A DNA stretch of 64,000 bases from Planctomycetota bacterium (GTDB lineage: Bacteria > Planctomycetota > UBA1135 > UBA2386), in assembly GCA_021776805.1 (NCBI GenBank), contig JAJFFD010000088.1, positions 1 to 64,000 on the forward strand. Direction: 5' to 3'. This document shows positions 20,052-29,794 of the stretch, in pieces; within the stretch, counting starts at the first letter, position 1, and each line of letters begins with the position of its first letter. Below the pieces are notes generated by a model. That model made no database searches, was not told the DNA's origin, and saw nothing but the letters and a program-made list of their open reading frames with translations. Position numbers and translations under genes: made by a program.

Positions 20052-21950
20052 ATGAGCCGACTTCTCCCCGCCTCCCTGCTTGCCCTCGTGGCAAGCCTGC
20101 CAGCACAAGTGAGCCAGGTCGCCTTCACCGATGTGACCACCGCGGCTGGCATCGATTGGCAACAGCAGGACTTTGGTGACCTGGTCGGGGCTGGCGGTGC
20201 CTTCCTCGACTACGACGGCGATGGCTGGCAGGACATCTTCATCCTCGGCGGAGTCGACTCACCGATCCTCTACCGGAATCAGGGTGACGGTAGCTTCGTA
20301 GATGTCACCACTGACGCCGGTCTCGACTTGCCACCGATTCCGGTCAACGAATGGATGGCAGTAGCTATTGGTGACTATGACAACGACGGCGATCCCGACA
20401 TGTTCATATGCATGCATGGTCCGGACGCTCTCATGCGCAATAACGGCAACGGAACCTTCAGCGATGTCACCCCAGGCTTCCTGATTGGATCGGCCTGGAG
20501 CACGGCTCCTGTCTTTCACGACTACGATGGAGATGGCTGGCTTGATCTCTATGTCGGCAAGTACGTCGCCGGGCTCAACTTTCCCAATCACATTCCATTA
20601 CCGAACGCTCTCTACCGCAACAACCAAGACGGCACATTCAGCGATGTCACTGAGCTCTGTGAAGTTGCCGGGGCTGGCACCACCTTGGCAGTGTACTGGA
20701 CTGACGTTGACATGGATGGCGACCCGGATCTCCTCGTTGGCAATGACTTCGGTGAATTCATCGAGCCGAACTTGCTCTACCGCAACAACGGTCGAGCTGG
20801 CGAGATCCCTGGAGACATCGAGTTCGATGAAGTCTCAGCAGCACAAGGGGCAAGGATTCCCATCTATTGCATGGGTATCGCCGCAGCAGATATCGATCAC
20901 GACCAGGACTTTGATTACTACTTCACAAATCTAGGCAGAAACGTGCTGCTCAGGAATGACATGTCCGCAGGCTTCAAGGATGTATCCGCGGCCACGGGCA
21001 CCGAGCTGACCCATGATCCGGACAGCGGGGCACCGCCTCTATTCGCCACCCACTGGGGCACAGGCTTTCGCGACTTCGATCTGGATGGCTGGGATGATCT
21101 GTATGTGTCCGCAGGCTACATACCCGCGGCCAGCTTCATCAACAATGGCGTCTTCACAGCCAATAGCTTGCTCATGCATGAAGGTAGGTCCCTGACCTTC
21201 CGCGACGTGAGCGCATCCTCCGGCATCGCTGACCGGGGCATGGGTCGCGGCGCGGCATTTGCCGATTACGACAATGACGGCGATGTGGACATACTGCAGC
21301 TGAACATGAACGGCCCAGCCCTGCTGTTTCGCAACGACAGCGTCAATACGGGCAACTGGCTCAAGCTCCATCCGCGGGGCACGGCAAGCAACCGGGAAGG
21401 GATCGGCGCCAAGATCTTCGTAGACTGTTCCACGGACCGGCTCATGCGCGAGGTCAATCGTGGCGGCAGTTTCGTCTCCTCTTCTGAGTTAGCCGTCATC
21501 TTTGGCTTGGGAGCGGACACGGTTATCGAACGGCTGCGTGTCGAGTGGCCTTCAGGCATTGCCAACCAGCTACACTATCTGCCAGTAAACTGCTCCATGC
21601 CTCTGGTTGAACCAAAGGTGACCGCGCAAGCGATCGAGGGGCGCAGCTGGACTGCGCGCGGCGGCGGCTTGGACGTCACTGTGAAGGTCATCAACCACAG
21701 CGACGAGGTCGTCGATCTACTGAACTTCCCCGAACTCCGCGTCAACGGAAACCGTGTCTGGCTCGGAGTTGGCGACGAGATCTTCTTGCAAGCCAAGGAG
21801 GAGCGCCTCGTTCGATTCAGACTCCCTCTACCAGGTGATCGCGGGGGACGGGACGAGGCCTTCACAATCAAAGCCGATTTCCTCTGGACCTTCTTGGATC
21901 GCAGCTTCGGCTTCGATCAGTTCCGCACGCAAGTGGAAATCCAGCGCTGA
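20052..21950 (+). CDS. CRTAC1-family protein (FG-GAP/VCBS repeats + ASPIC/UnbV domain), secreted
   Basis: Signal peptide. Repeated DYDGDGWxD / DYDNDGDxD FG-GAP-type calcium-binding motifs. C-terminal UnbV_ASPIC region (GAKIFVDCSTDRLMREVNRGGSFVSSSELAVIFGLG). Confidence 0.85.
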   Translation: MSRLLPASLLALVASLPAQVSQVAFTDVTTAAGIDWQQQDFGDLVGAGGAFLDYDGDGWQDIFILGGVDSPILYRNQGDGSFVDVTTDAGLDLPPIPVNEWMAVAIGDYDNDGDPDMFICMHGPDALMRNNGNGTFSDVTPGFLIGSAWSTAPVFHDYDGDGWLDLYVGKYVAGLNFPNHIPLPNALYRNNQDGTFSDVTELCEVAGAGTTLAVYWTDVDMDGDPDLLVGNDFGEFIEPNLLYRNNGRAGEIPGDIEFDEVSAAQGARIPIYCMGIAAADIDHDQDFDYYFTNLGRNVLLRNDMSAGFKDVSAATGTELTHDPDSGAPPLFATHWGTGFRDFDLDGWDDLYVSAGYIPAASFINNGVFTANSLLMHEGRSLTFRDVSASSGIADRGMGRGAAFADYDNDGDVDILQLNMNGPALLFRNDSVNTGNWLKLHPRGTASNREGIGAKIFVDCSTDRLMREVNRGGSFVSSSELAVIFGLGADTVIERLRVEWPSGIANQLHYLPVNCSMPLVEPKVTAQAIEGRSWTARGGGLDVTVKVINHSDEVVDLLNFPELRVNGNRVWLGVGDEIFLQAKEERLVRFRLPLPGDRGGRDEAFTIKADFLWTFLDRSFGFDQFRTQVEIQR

Positions 21951-21995
21951 TGCCTCCGGGTCAGTCCACCTCGACTCTAGAAGCAAGCTCTCATT

Positions 21996-23612
21996 GTGAT
22001 CCGCAGCGCAATTGAGCCGGCACAGGACGAGGCCTCGAACTTTGGGAGTCGGGCCTGCATTGCCCTTCTTCTTCTGATCATTGCCGGTTCCTTTGCCTTG
22101 CGCCTGGCCTACATGCCGGCGCCCTATGCCGATCGGAATTCAAAGAGTGACGGGATCGCAGCGAGCACCTACATGGTTTCGCGTAATTACCTGCGCTATG
22201 GCTACGCGGAGACGCGTGGCCTGCAGGTTCTCAATGCCCAGGAGACGGACCCAAGCGGATGGGTCACCTACCCGAACCATCCGGCCACTTTTGTCCTGCT
22301 ACAAAGCCTGGTGTTCCAAGTCACTGGTGGCGAAAGCCTATGGGCTGCCAGGCTTGCTCCGCTCCTGGCGGTAATTGGTCAGCTTCTGCTGATCTATCGC
22401 CTGGTCCAACGCAAGTACCCAAGACCGATCGCATTGACCTCAGTGGCCCTCTACGCCATGTGGCCCATGTCGCTGCTCTACGCTGGACACCCAAACTACG
22501 AACCATTCTGCATCCTCTCGATGCTGGTCTTCGTCGACCGTTGGCTGGCAAAGAAGCCTGGCCAGGCCTGCATGGCTGCGTTCGTCGGTGGGCTATTCGA
22601 TTTTACCTCCTTCTACCCGCCCTTCTTTCTCGCCGTCTGGGGGCTTCTCGATCGTTGGTCCGTCAACGCCCTCGGCATGGGGAAGGCATTCAAGCAGGCG
22701 TTCATCCTCGGCATCCCCTGTGTGAGCGCGCTCACCCTTCACTTCGCCCACATCTCTTTGACGCAGCAGGGAGAGAATTCGCTGACGTACATCTGGGAGC
22801 TGCTTCGGCAAGCAGGTTCAAGAGACAGTGCCTGGGCAGGAGAAATTGTCGGCTTTACATGGCCTGCCTTCCTGTCCAGTCAAACATCCTTCCTGCTCGC
22901 CGGCTTCGGCCTGTTGGGGATTGTGTTGTCAGGCTTCGGATTTCTTCGCAAGGCCTTCCCACCAGGCACCCCCCTCCTCGCATTCTGCGGCCTGGCGCAC
23001 ATTCTGGTCTTTCGCTATCACGCCCATGTTCATGAGTTCTGGGCTGTTTACCTGGCCGCACCCATGGCGATGGCTGCGGGTCCAGGGTTGATCGCAATGC
23101 GCGACCTGGTACTGCCGCATGCTCAGCAGGGCAGGCGCTTGGCGTTTTGCGCTGCGATCCTCGCCCTGGCAACGATTGCCAGTGCAGCTCGCTACCTGAA
23201 TCACCAAAGCAATGTGGACTACCGGGCAGCACAGGTCTGGGCCGATACCCTGGTGGCGAATCTACCTGGAGAATCGATCGCTCTTTTGCTCAGACAAGAA
23301 TCCCCCCTACCTCGAGGGATCGAATGCCTGAGCGGTGATCTTGCGGTCTGGGGCTACCTGGCCCCGGGCAACAAGGCAAGCATCGATCTCATGGCGGCTC
23401 ACTTCCGTGAGTATCAGCTACAGAATCGCCGCGTATTCGTGATTCTCGAAGAACAAGCTCTCCGGGAGTTTCAGGCAGACCGTGGCGATGATGTTGCGCG
23501 TCGATACCTGGAGACAGACCGTCTCCGTGGTCTGCGGCAGGATAGCTTTACATCCGCCGACGGCAGCCTCACCTTCCACTGCTGGGACGTCACCGCAGGC
23601 CTGTTTCGCTAG
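21996..23612 (+). CDS. Polytopic membrane glycosyltransferase, GT39/GT83 (PMT/ArnT)-like
   Basis: >10 predicted TM helices with an N-terminal loop region typical of ArnT/PMT-like enzymes. Weak family-level call only. Confidence 0.5.
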   Translation: MIRSAIEPAQDEASNFGSRACIALLLLIIAGSFALRLAYMPAPYADRNSKSDGIAASTYMVSRNYLRYGYAETRGLQVLNAQETDPSGWVTYPNHPATFVLLQSLVFQVTGGESLWAARLAPLLAVIGQLLLIYRLVQRKYPRPIALTSVALYAMWPMSLLYAGHPNYEPFCILSMLVFVDRWLAKKPGQACMAAFVGGLFDFTSFYPPFFLAVWGLLDRWSVNALGMGKAFKQAFILGIPCVSALTLHFAHISLTQQGENSLTYIWELLRQAGSRDSAWAGEIVGFTWPAFLSSQTSFLLAGFGLLGIVLSGFGFLRKAFPPGTPLLAFCGLAHILVFRYHAHVHEFWAVYLAAPMAMAAGPGLIAMRDLVLPHAQQGRRLAFCAAILALATIASAARYLNHQSNVDYRAAQVWADTLVANLPGESIALLLRQESPLPRGIECLSGDLAVWGYLAPGNKASIDLMAAHFREYQLQNRRVFVILEEQALREFQADRGDDVARRYLETDRLRGLRQDSFTSADGSLTFHCWDVTAGLFR

Positions 23613-23640
23613 GTCCGCGGCTACGATCAGCGTCGACTGC

Positions 23641-24009
23641 TCAGATCGAATCCAGGATCTTGCGGATCTTGTTGAGCGCGTCCGTGGCGGCCCTGTGCTC
23701 TCGTTGCAAGATCTCGATCTGCTCGGCAACACCTTCTAGCGATGTCAGCGCCGGCGCCTTGCGTGGTCGCCCGGGGCCTCTTCCGCCCGCGGCTCTCTTA
23801 GCTTTCGCCTTGGCAACGCGACCCTGACCACGCTTGGCAATCGGCACGATGCCCAGGATTGCCTGCGCCCGACCATAGACAACGGGAAAAAGTTTGATGC
23901 GCTCCTTGGCCGCGGCGGCCTTGAGCGTCGCATAATCGAGCTTCGGGTTGCGCTTCAGTCTTGCGATTGCAAACTCGTAAGCCTTGGAGGGTTTCTTCTT
24001 GGCTGCCAT
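23641..24009 (-). CDS. Small Lys/Ala-rich basic protein with AT-hook (GRGPGRPRKAP); putative nucleoid-associated, histone H1-like
   Basis: 122 aa, very basic, with AKAKAKRAAGGRGPGRPRKAP containing the GRP AT-hook core. Helical N- and C-terminal segments. Confidence 0.5.
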   Translation of the reverse strand: MAAKKKPSKAYEFAIARLKRNPKLDYATLKAAAAKERIKLFPVVYGRAQAILGIVPIAKRGQGRVAKAKAKRAAGGRGPGRPRKAPALTSLEGVAEQIEILQREHRAATDALNKIRKILDSI

Positions 24010-24102
24010 CTTGACTCCGACTCGCGGTTACAGAGGGATGAGGAACAATAGGAATCCCATCTAACTAATCAGATTCGAATTCGATAAGAAACCGCTCGCG
24101 AC

Positions 24103-25653
24103 CTAATCATCCTGTTCCAAAGCGCCGAAGCTTCGAGCGATCAGACCCTGGAAACCCTGCAATGCCGTCCGTTGCATGTAGAGTTCCAATCCGCGCAAGC
24201 CACCCAATTCCTCGCCCGCACCAGCACGGCCAGGTCCGCCATGCACGGTTTGCGGTAGCACAGCTCCCGGCGGAAGGATTTCACCGGCTACTTTGTCGGA
24301 GCCGATCCATATCCGGCCCTGCGTCGCTGCCATGCCCAAGACGGCTTTCTCTGTCCAAGGTCGGTCGTTTGAGTAGATGCTACTCACCAGTCCTCCGCCG
24401 CCTAGATTCACCAGTTCAGCGGCCTCTGCAGCTGAGCCCGAGTATGGCAGGATAGTCGCCACGGGACCGAAGACTTCGTCCCGATGGATCGCCTCAGCCC
24501 TGATGTCTCTTGCCCGCATAAGGGTTGGCGCCAGGAAGTAGCCACGATCAGCAATCGGATCACTGCCACCACAGAGAATCTCACCGAATTCCGCAAGCGC
24601 ATCAATGCCCTGACGCACGTCTTTGAATTGGGCAGCGCTGGCCAAGGGTCCCATGCGGTTGGTCTTCTCCGCAGGGTTTCCAATCTTGATCACCGCTAGT
24701 TCCGAAATCAGAAACTCGGCAAAGTCATCGACGAGCGCCTCCGGGACGAGGATTCTGCGCACTGCGGTGCACTTCTGACCGGCCTTTTGCGTGAGGTCGA
24801 TAACAAGGTTGCGGACCATCAGACCAAAGGCGTCAGCATCACTGTCCAGGTCAGGGCCAAGGATGGCCGCATTCAGAGAGTCTGCCTCCACATTCAGGCG
24901 AACGTGATTGCCCTGAATCTCGGACTGTCCACGGATGCTGGCACCAGTCATGGACGAGCCCGTGAAAGCGACCGCGTCCTGCGGACCGAGTTCCCGAAGC
25001 AATTCCCGTGCTGACCCACAGAGGAACTGAAAGGCGCCCTCTGGCAAAATGGACTTCTCCACAATGATCTCGGCGATCCGCCAGGCGAGTAGTGCACTCG
25101 CCGTGCCTGGCTTGGTAACCACAGGGATACCGGCGAGAATGGCACATGCGAGTTTCTCAGCCATCCCCCAGGCGGGAAAGTTGAAGGCGTTGATATGCAG
25201 AGCGAAGCCCTGCCGCGGGGTCCAAATATGTTGCCCCCAAAAGCGTGGGGTTCTGCCCAGCTGAATGCCCTCACCATCCGTCAAGAAATCGCGATCACCC
25301 AGCTTCTTGCCCAAGGACGCGTAATAGCTGAGAGTCCCCGTCGCTCCATCGAGATCAAACTTCGCGTCACCTCTGGTGTTACCGCCGTTCGCCACAGCGA
25401 TATCGATGAGCTCCTCTCGCGCCTCGTGAATGGCGACAGACAGCTGCTTGAGAAGGCTCGCTCGCTCGACCAGGCTCATGGCACGCAGGGCGGCCTGACC
25501 CCTTTCGCGGGCGTGTTCCGCGATGCTGGCGGCCTCAAAGCCAGCCCTCGGACAAAGGGCTAACTCTTCCTCGGTGGCCGGATTGAACAGGGTTTGAGTT
25601 TCGTCAGAACCTTTCTGCCAGGTTCCACAGACGTAGCTGGAGAGAGTCTTCAT
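24103..25653 (-). CDS. Aldehyde dehydrogenase family, PaaZ/PaaN-like (3,4-dehydroadipyl-CoA semialdehyde dehydrogenase-like)
   Basis: ALDH fold with the NAFNFPAWGMAEKLACAILAGIPVVTKPGTASA region typical of the PaaZ N-domain/PaaN. Start set at MKTLSSYVCGTWQ. Confidence 0.75.
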   Translation of the reverse strand: MKTLSSYVCGTWQKGSDETQTLFNPATEEELALCPRAGFEAASIAEHARERGQAALRAMSLVERASLLKQLSVAIHEAREELIDIAVANGGNTRGDAKFDLDGATGTLSYYASLGKKLGDRDFLTDGEGIQLGRTPRFWGQHIWTPRQGFALHINAFNFPAWGMAEKLACAILAGIPVVTKPGTASALLAWRIAEIIVEKSILPEGAFQFLCGSARELLRELGPQDAVAFTGSSMTGASIRGQSEIQGNHVRLNVEADSLNAAILGPDLDSDADAFGLMVRNLVIDLTQKAGQKCTAVRRILVPEALVDDFAEFLISELAVIKIGNPAEKTNRMGPLASAAQFKDVRQGIDALAEFGEILCGGSDPIADRGYFLAPTLMRARDIRAEAIHRDEVFGPVATILPYSGSAAEAAELVNLGGGGLVSSIYSNDRPWTEKAVLGMAATQGRIWIGSDKVAGEILPPGAVLPQTVHGGPGRAGAGEELGGLRGLELYMQRTALQGFQGLIARSFGALEQDD

Positions 25654-25918
25654 CGGGTGGTTGGGCGGCGCGAGCCTGGGTGCAAGCAGGCAATCTAGCG
25701 ATGTGCCATACCGAAACCCAATGCAACTCCTCGGGGAAAGCAAACTTGGGTCTTCTCATGGAATTCATGGTCGTACCTCGGAGCGAGCCAGCGTCCAGTA
25801 GCCCATAGCCAATCGACGTCCCCTCGCACGGGTCATCCATTCACTTTCAAGGTCTAGAACTGCGCAGGACCGCTCAGGCCGCGGTTGCGCAAGTAAGGCG
25901 CAGGAGTCAAAGCAAGGA

Positions 25919-26749
25919 ATGATCGCGACGAACCAATCCCCCCAAACTCTCATGTCACGTGACCTTGACGCTGCTGATCTCGCGGTCTTGTCGTTCAGGC
26001 CAGGGGATCCAGTTTGTGTTCATTCCAGTTGGCCAGGAATCCTTCTGATCGCCGGTGGTTCCTGGCACTGCGAATCCTTCGGTAGGCAGGTCCGCCGGCG
26101 AGCCTGCAGCGTACTGACGCTGCCGGCGGGAACCGCCATGAGCGGTCGCAGTGGGGCTACTGGCCTTCGGATCATGCGGATTCGCTTGAAGGCAGCCCAT
26201 CGCATGGAAGGCAGCCAGGATCAACTGGCCTGCTATCGTGGTGGCGAAGCGACTCGCAAGGCCATGCAGATCTTCTGGCATCTTCAACGCGACCCTCTGA
26301 CTCCAAGCCAAGAACTGCGAGAGCAGTTGTCAGACCTACTGCAGAGTTTGGCCAGGGAAGCGCAAGGCGCGACTCGCAGGCAACCACCAACTTGGCTGCA
26401 ACTGGTCCTCGACCGTCTGCATGGCGAGTTCAGGCGTCCGCCAGCTGTTCGTGAACTCGCGGCAACAGCCAAGGTAGATCCCTGTCACCTCGCCCGGACC
26501 TTCAGACGTTACCGTGCCTGCACGATCGGCCAGTACATCCGTCAACTCCGCCTGGAGGAAGCCCTGTGCCGCATGCTCGGCTGTGATCATCGCTTGGCAG
26601 AGATCGCGGCAGCAACGGGCTTCGCGGATCAAGCCCATTTCACCAGAACCTTCAAACAAGAAGTAGGGGTGACGCCGCGTGACTATCGCCGCCGTCTCCG
26701 CGAACTTCAGTCGATCAGCTTGAACCCGGCGGTTGCCGTCATCTCTTGA
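25919..26749 (+). CDS. AraC-family transcriptional regulator
   Basis: C-terminal HTH_18 (VRELAATAKVDPCHLARTFRRYRACTIGQYIRQLRLEEA...FADQAHFTRTFKQEVGVTPRDYRR). Divergent from the ALDH gene. Confidence 0.8.
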   Translation: MIATNQSPQTLMSRDLDAADLAVLSFRPGDPVCVHSSWPGILLIAGGSWHCESFGRQVRRRACSVLTLPAGTAMSGRSGATGLRIMRIRLKAAHRMEGSQDQLACYRGGEATRKAMQIFWHLQRDPLTPSQELREQLSDLLQSLAREAQGATRRQPPTWLQLVLDRLHGEFRRPPAVRELAATAKVDPCHLARTFRRYRACTIGQYIRQLRLEEALCRMLGCDHRLAEIAAATGFADQAHFTRTFKQEVGVTPRDYRRRLRELQSISLNPAVAVIS

Positions 26750-27609
26750 TAGGCAGCGCTCAGATTCAGGGTCATCTCACCAGCACCACCTGAGCCAATC
26801 TGTCGGCCATCGACGCTAGTAATGGGCGCTAGCTCACCCATTGTCCCAGTGCAGAACACTTCGTCGCTGCGATAGACCTCAGTCAATGACATGTCACAGA
26901 TCTCGGTTGGGATCTGCATCGTCGCACAGAGATCGAGCACCGTCGCGCGCGTAATGCCTTCGGGGCAGGCAACGGTTCGCGGCGTCCTTAGAATGCCGGA
27001 TTCGACCATGAAAACGTGCGTCGCGTTGGTCTCGGCTACGAAGCCTCGCTGATCCAACATGAGGGCGTCGTCCGCATTTGCTTGATTGGCTTCGATCTTC
27101 GCGAGGATGGATTGGATCAGGTTGCAGTGATGGATCTTCGGATCCATGGTGTCCGGACTGAATCTCCTGATCGTGCTCGTCTTCAGGCTAAGGCCACCTT
27201 TGTCATAGACCGGTGCCTTGAACTCAGCGAGGACGATAAGCGTTGGCCCCTTGGTATTCAGGCGAGGGTCCATACCGGAAGTGACTTTCTCACCTCGGGT
27301 GAGAGTCAGGCGGATGTGCACATCATCGCGCATCTCATTGGCTACCAGTGTCCGCCTTATCTCCTCGATAATCTCCTCAGCGCTTGGCACCTGCGTGAAG
27401 TTCAAGGCTTTGGCCGAGCTGTGCAGCCTCTCTATGTGCTCTTCCAGCTTGAAGATCGCCCCCTTGTACAGTCGCAGTCCTTCCCAGACTGCGTCACCCC
27501 CCTGAACAGCAGAGTCGAAAGGGCTGATGCCAGCACGGTCACGATGCAGTAGCTCGCCGTTGATGTTGATCTTCAGATCGCGATTTTTCTCGTTGAATGT
27601 CTGCAGCAT
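26707..27609 (-). CDS. Class IV (branched-chain/D-amino-acid) aminotransferase
   Basis: Fold-type IV PLP enzyme similarity across its length (EGLRLYKG...; catalytic Lys region; ...TGTMGELAPITSVDGRQIG). Confidence 0.85.
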   Translation of the reverse strand: MLQTFNEKNRDLKININGELLHRDRAGISPFDSAVQGGDAVWEGLRLYKGAIFKLEEHIERLHSSAKALNFTQVPSAEEIIEEIRRTLVANEMRDDVHIRLTLTRGEKVTSGMDPRLNTKGPTLIVLAEFKAPVYDKGGLSLKTSTIRRFSPDTMDPKIHHCNLIQSILAKIEANQANADDALMLDQRGFVAETNATHVFMVESGILRTPRTVACPEGITRATVLDLCATMQIPTEICDMSLTEVYRSDEVFCTGTMGELAPITSVDGRQIGSGGAGEMTLNLSAAYQEMTATAGFKLID

Positions 27610-27611
27610 TT

Positions 27612-28352
27612 CTAGCTACCAGGCCTCAATCGTCGTGAATAGAGCAAGTCGTAAAACTGGTTGCAGTCTGCGAGCAAGGAATCCAGTTCGGAAGGCAGTG
27701 CATCGTCTTTGCGCCGGTAGGCTTGGAAGCCCGTCGATTTTTCAACCGCCTCGTACCAGTACTTTGCCCAGATTCCATCGCTCTCCCGTGGCCCCGCCGG
27801 CCACGCGAGCATGCCGGCTTCAAATGGGATCGCCAGTCGGTCACAGAGGCTGCCAAGCATCCTCCGTGGATCTTCGAGAACGTCGCGCGCATCCAAGATG
27901 ACAGGGTTCTCTCCCTGCTCCTCTTCAACGAGCCGCATGATCTCCACCTGCTGCGGAAGGCCAGTGTCCTCCAGTCGAATATCAGGCAGCTTGCGCATCA
28001 AGGATGTCAGCATCTCTCGAGGTTCACGGATCAGGAAGCAGTTCTCAAGACGCTGCAACCAGGCTCGATCCATCTCCGGCAAGAGATGGTGCGCCATGTG
28101 CTTCTGATAGTAGACCGTTTCCCCTTCTGGCGGATCGGAGAGGAGCTCTGCGACCACCCTTCGCCAGTCCGTCTCATGATGCTCGATGACCTCTTCACGT
28201 CCTGGGTGATCGAGGCCGGTCTGCTTGAGGTAGTGGGCGTAGAGCGGCTCATCACAGACCCTGCTATCGCTCCTGTTCTCAAAGGAACGCATCATGGCAG
28301 TCGAGATATTTCTCGGTCCGGACCACATGGCGATGCGCTTGACGACCATCAT
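27612..28352 (-). CDS. Sulfotransferase-family protein (PAPS-dependent)
   Basis: N-terminal 5-prime-PSB-like P-loop (AMWSGPRNISTAMMRSFE). Size and context fit: directly upstream of cysQ (PAP phosphatase) with a 2-nt spacing. Confidence 0.55.
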   Translation of the reverse strand: MMVVKRIAMWSGPRNISTAMMRSFENRSDSRVCDEPLYAHYLKQTGLDHPGREEVIEHHETDWRRVVAELLSDPPEGETVYYQKHMAHHLLPEMDRAWLQRLENCFLIREPREMLTSLMRKLPDIRLEDTGLPQQVEIMRLVEEEQGENPVILDARDVLEDPRRMLGSLCDRLAIPFEAGMLAWPAGPRESDGIWAKYWYEAVEKSTGFQAYRRKDDALPSELDSLLADCNQFYDLLYSRRLRPGS

Positions 28353-28354
28353 GT

Positions 28355-29137
28355 TCAGGGATGATTCCTTACCAGGAAGTAGGGGTTCAGAAGATTCTCC
28401 TTGTTGTAGCGCAGCTCCTCACCTTGGAGGTTGACGACACTACCACCGGCACCGAGGACAAGGGCGTGAGCAGCAGCCGTATCCCACTCCATGGTCGGAC
28501 CGATCCGCGGGTAGTGGTGAGCTCTCCCGGCAGCGACCAAGCAGAGCTTTAGAGAGGATCCCATCGCCACACACTCGTGTTCGCCGAGCTTATCGAGGTA
28601 GGACTCGAGCTCCGGAGATCGGTGCGAACGACTTGCGACCACCAGCAGTGGGTCGCCAGCTGCTGGATCTGGCGCAACTCGGATTCCCCGCCTGTCTTTG
28701 CCAAGAACCTGCAGATAGGAGCCGATGGCCGGGCCGCCCCAGTAGCTCTCGTTCAGCACGGGGGCATGCACCACCCCCAGCAGGGGACGACCATTCTCAA
28801 TGAGCGCGACGTTGACAGTAAACTCGCCGTTGCGCTTGACGAATTCCTTGGTCCCATCCAGCGGGTCAACCAGCCAAAAGCGCTGCCAATTACAGCGCTC
28901 TTCCCAGGGGATCTCACGCGACTCTTCCGAGAGAATCGGCACTCCAGGAAGCATTCCCGCGAGCCCATCCATGAGAACCTTGTTGGCGGCCAGATCGGCC
29001 TCGGTGAGAGGCGAGCGGTCGTCCTTTACCTGCACCGCAAAATCTGGGCGACCATAGACCTCCATGATCGCCTGACCAGCCTGGCCCGCGAGTTCCAAGA
29101 GAGGGTCGGTAAGGGGGAGAAGCTCGGTTGCATCCAT
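28355..29137 (-). CDS. cysQ: 3-prime(2-prime),5-prime-bisphosphate nucleotidase CysQ (IMPase family)
   Basis: IMPase motifs (ILSEES; WLVDPLDGTKEF; ...HAAAHALVLGAGG). Start set at MDATELLP. Confidence 0.85.
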   Translation of the reverse strand: MDATELLPLTDPLLELAGQAGQAIMEVYGRPDFAVQVKDDRSPLTEADLAANKVLMDGLAGMLPGVPILSEESREIPWEERCNWQRFWLVDPLDGTKEFVKRNGEFTVNVALIENGRPLLGVVHAPVLNESYWGGPAIGSYLQVLGKDRRGIRVAPDPAAGDPLLVVASRSHRSPELESYLDKLGEHECVAMGSSLKLCLVAAGRAHHYPRIGPTMEWDTAAAHALVLGAGGSVVNLQGEELRYNKENLLNPYFLVRNHP

Positions 29138-29182
29138 GGATAGGCCGAGGTTGTAAACTTCTCCCCCACCAGGGAGCAAGGT

Positions 29183-29656
29183 CTATACAGCCTGATAGAG
29201 CATGATCCGATTGCCATCCGGATCATTGAAGTAGAGCAGCTTGACCGTCCCCGGAATGATCTGGATCTCTTCGGCTTCAACTTCCTTTTCAATGAGCCAC
29301 TTCCGTGCAACCTCGATGTTCTTGACCCCAAAGGACAGGTTTGACCCGCCGTTGGCTTGGTGCTCTTGTCCCTCCTTCACCTGCGATAGACCGATCAAAC
29401 TGTTGCGTGCCGGTGAAGTCATTTCTGCCCAACCGATGGCGGGCATGTGCATCATCTGATTGCAGCCCAGAATGGTCTTGTACCATTCCATCGCCGAATC
29501 CAGGTCTTTGACCTGCACAACATACATGGCGACCCCATCGAACTTGATTGGGACATCAGCGCTCGAATTGGCGCCCTGGGCATCTTGCCGCACGGAGACT
29601 GAGAAACTGCCGAGAGAGAGGCCTGCCAAGGCCAGAAGAGACATGAGGCTGCGCAT
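29183..29656 (-). CDS. Secreted VOC (glyoxalase/bleomycin-resistance fold) family protein
   Basis: Signal peptide MRSLMSLLALAGLSLG. VOC beta-alpha-beta-beta-beta modules (VAMYVVQVKDLDSAMEWYKTILG; KLLYFNDPDGNRIMLYQ). Confidence 0.6.
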   Translation of the reverse strand: MRSLMSLLALAGLSLGSFSVSVRQDAQGANSSADVPIKFDGVAMYVVQVKDLDSAMEWYKTILGCNQMMHMPAIGWAEMTSPARNSLIGLSQVKEGQEHQANGGSNLSFGVKNIEVARKWLIEKEVEAEEIQIIPGTVKLLYFNDPDGNRIMLYQAV

Positions 29657-29794
29657 TGAGTACTCCATCCTAGGGCGGGAAATTCCGCCTTTGGAGGCAC
29701 GTCGACTGGGACGGGGGCCAATCGACAGGGATTGAGAAATTCCTGCCAGGGGGCCCAGGGGCTACTATCCGGACACTCATAAGGTGGTCCCGCC

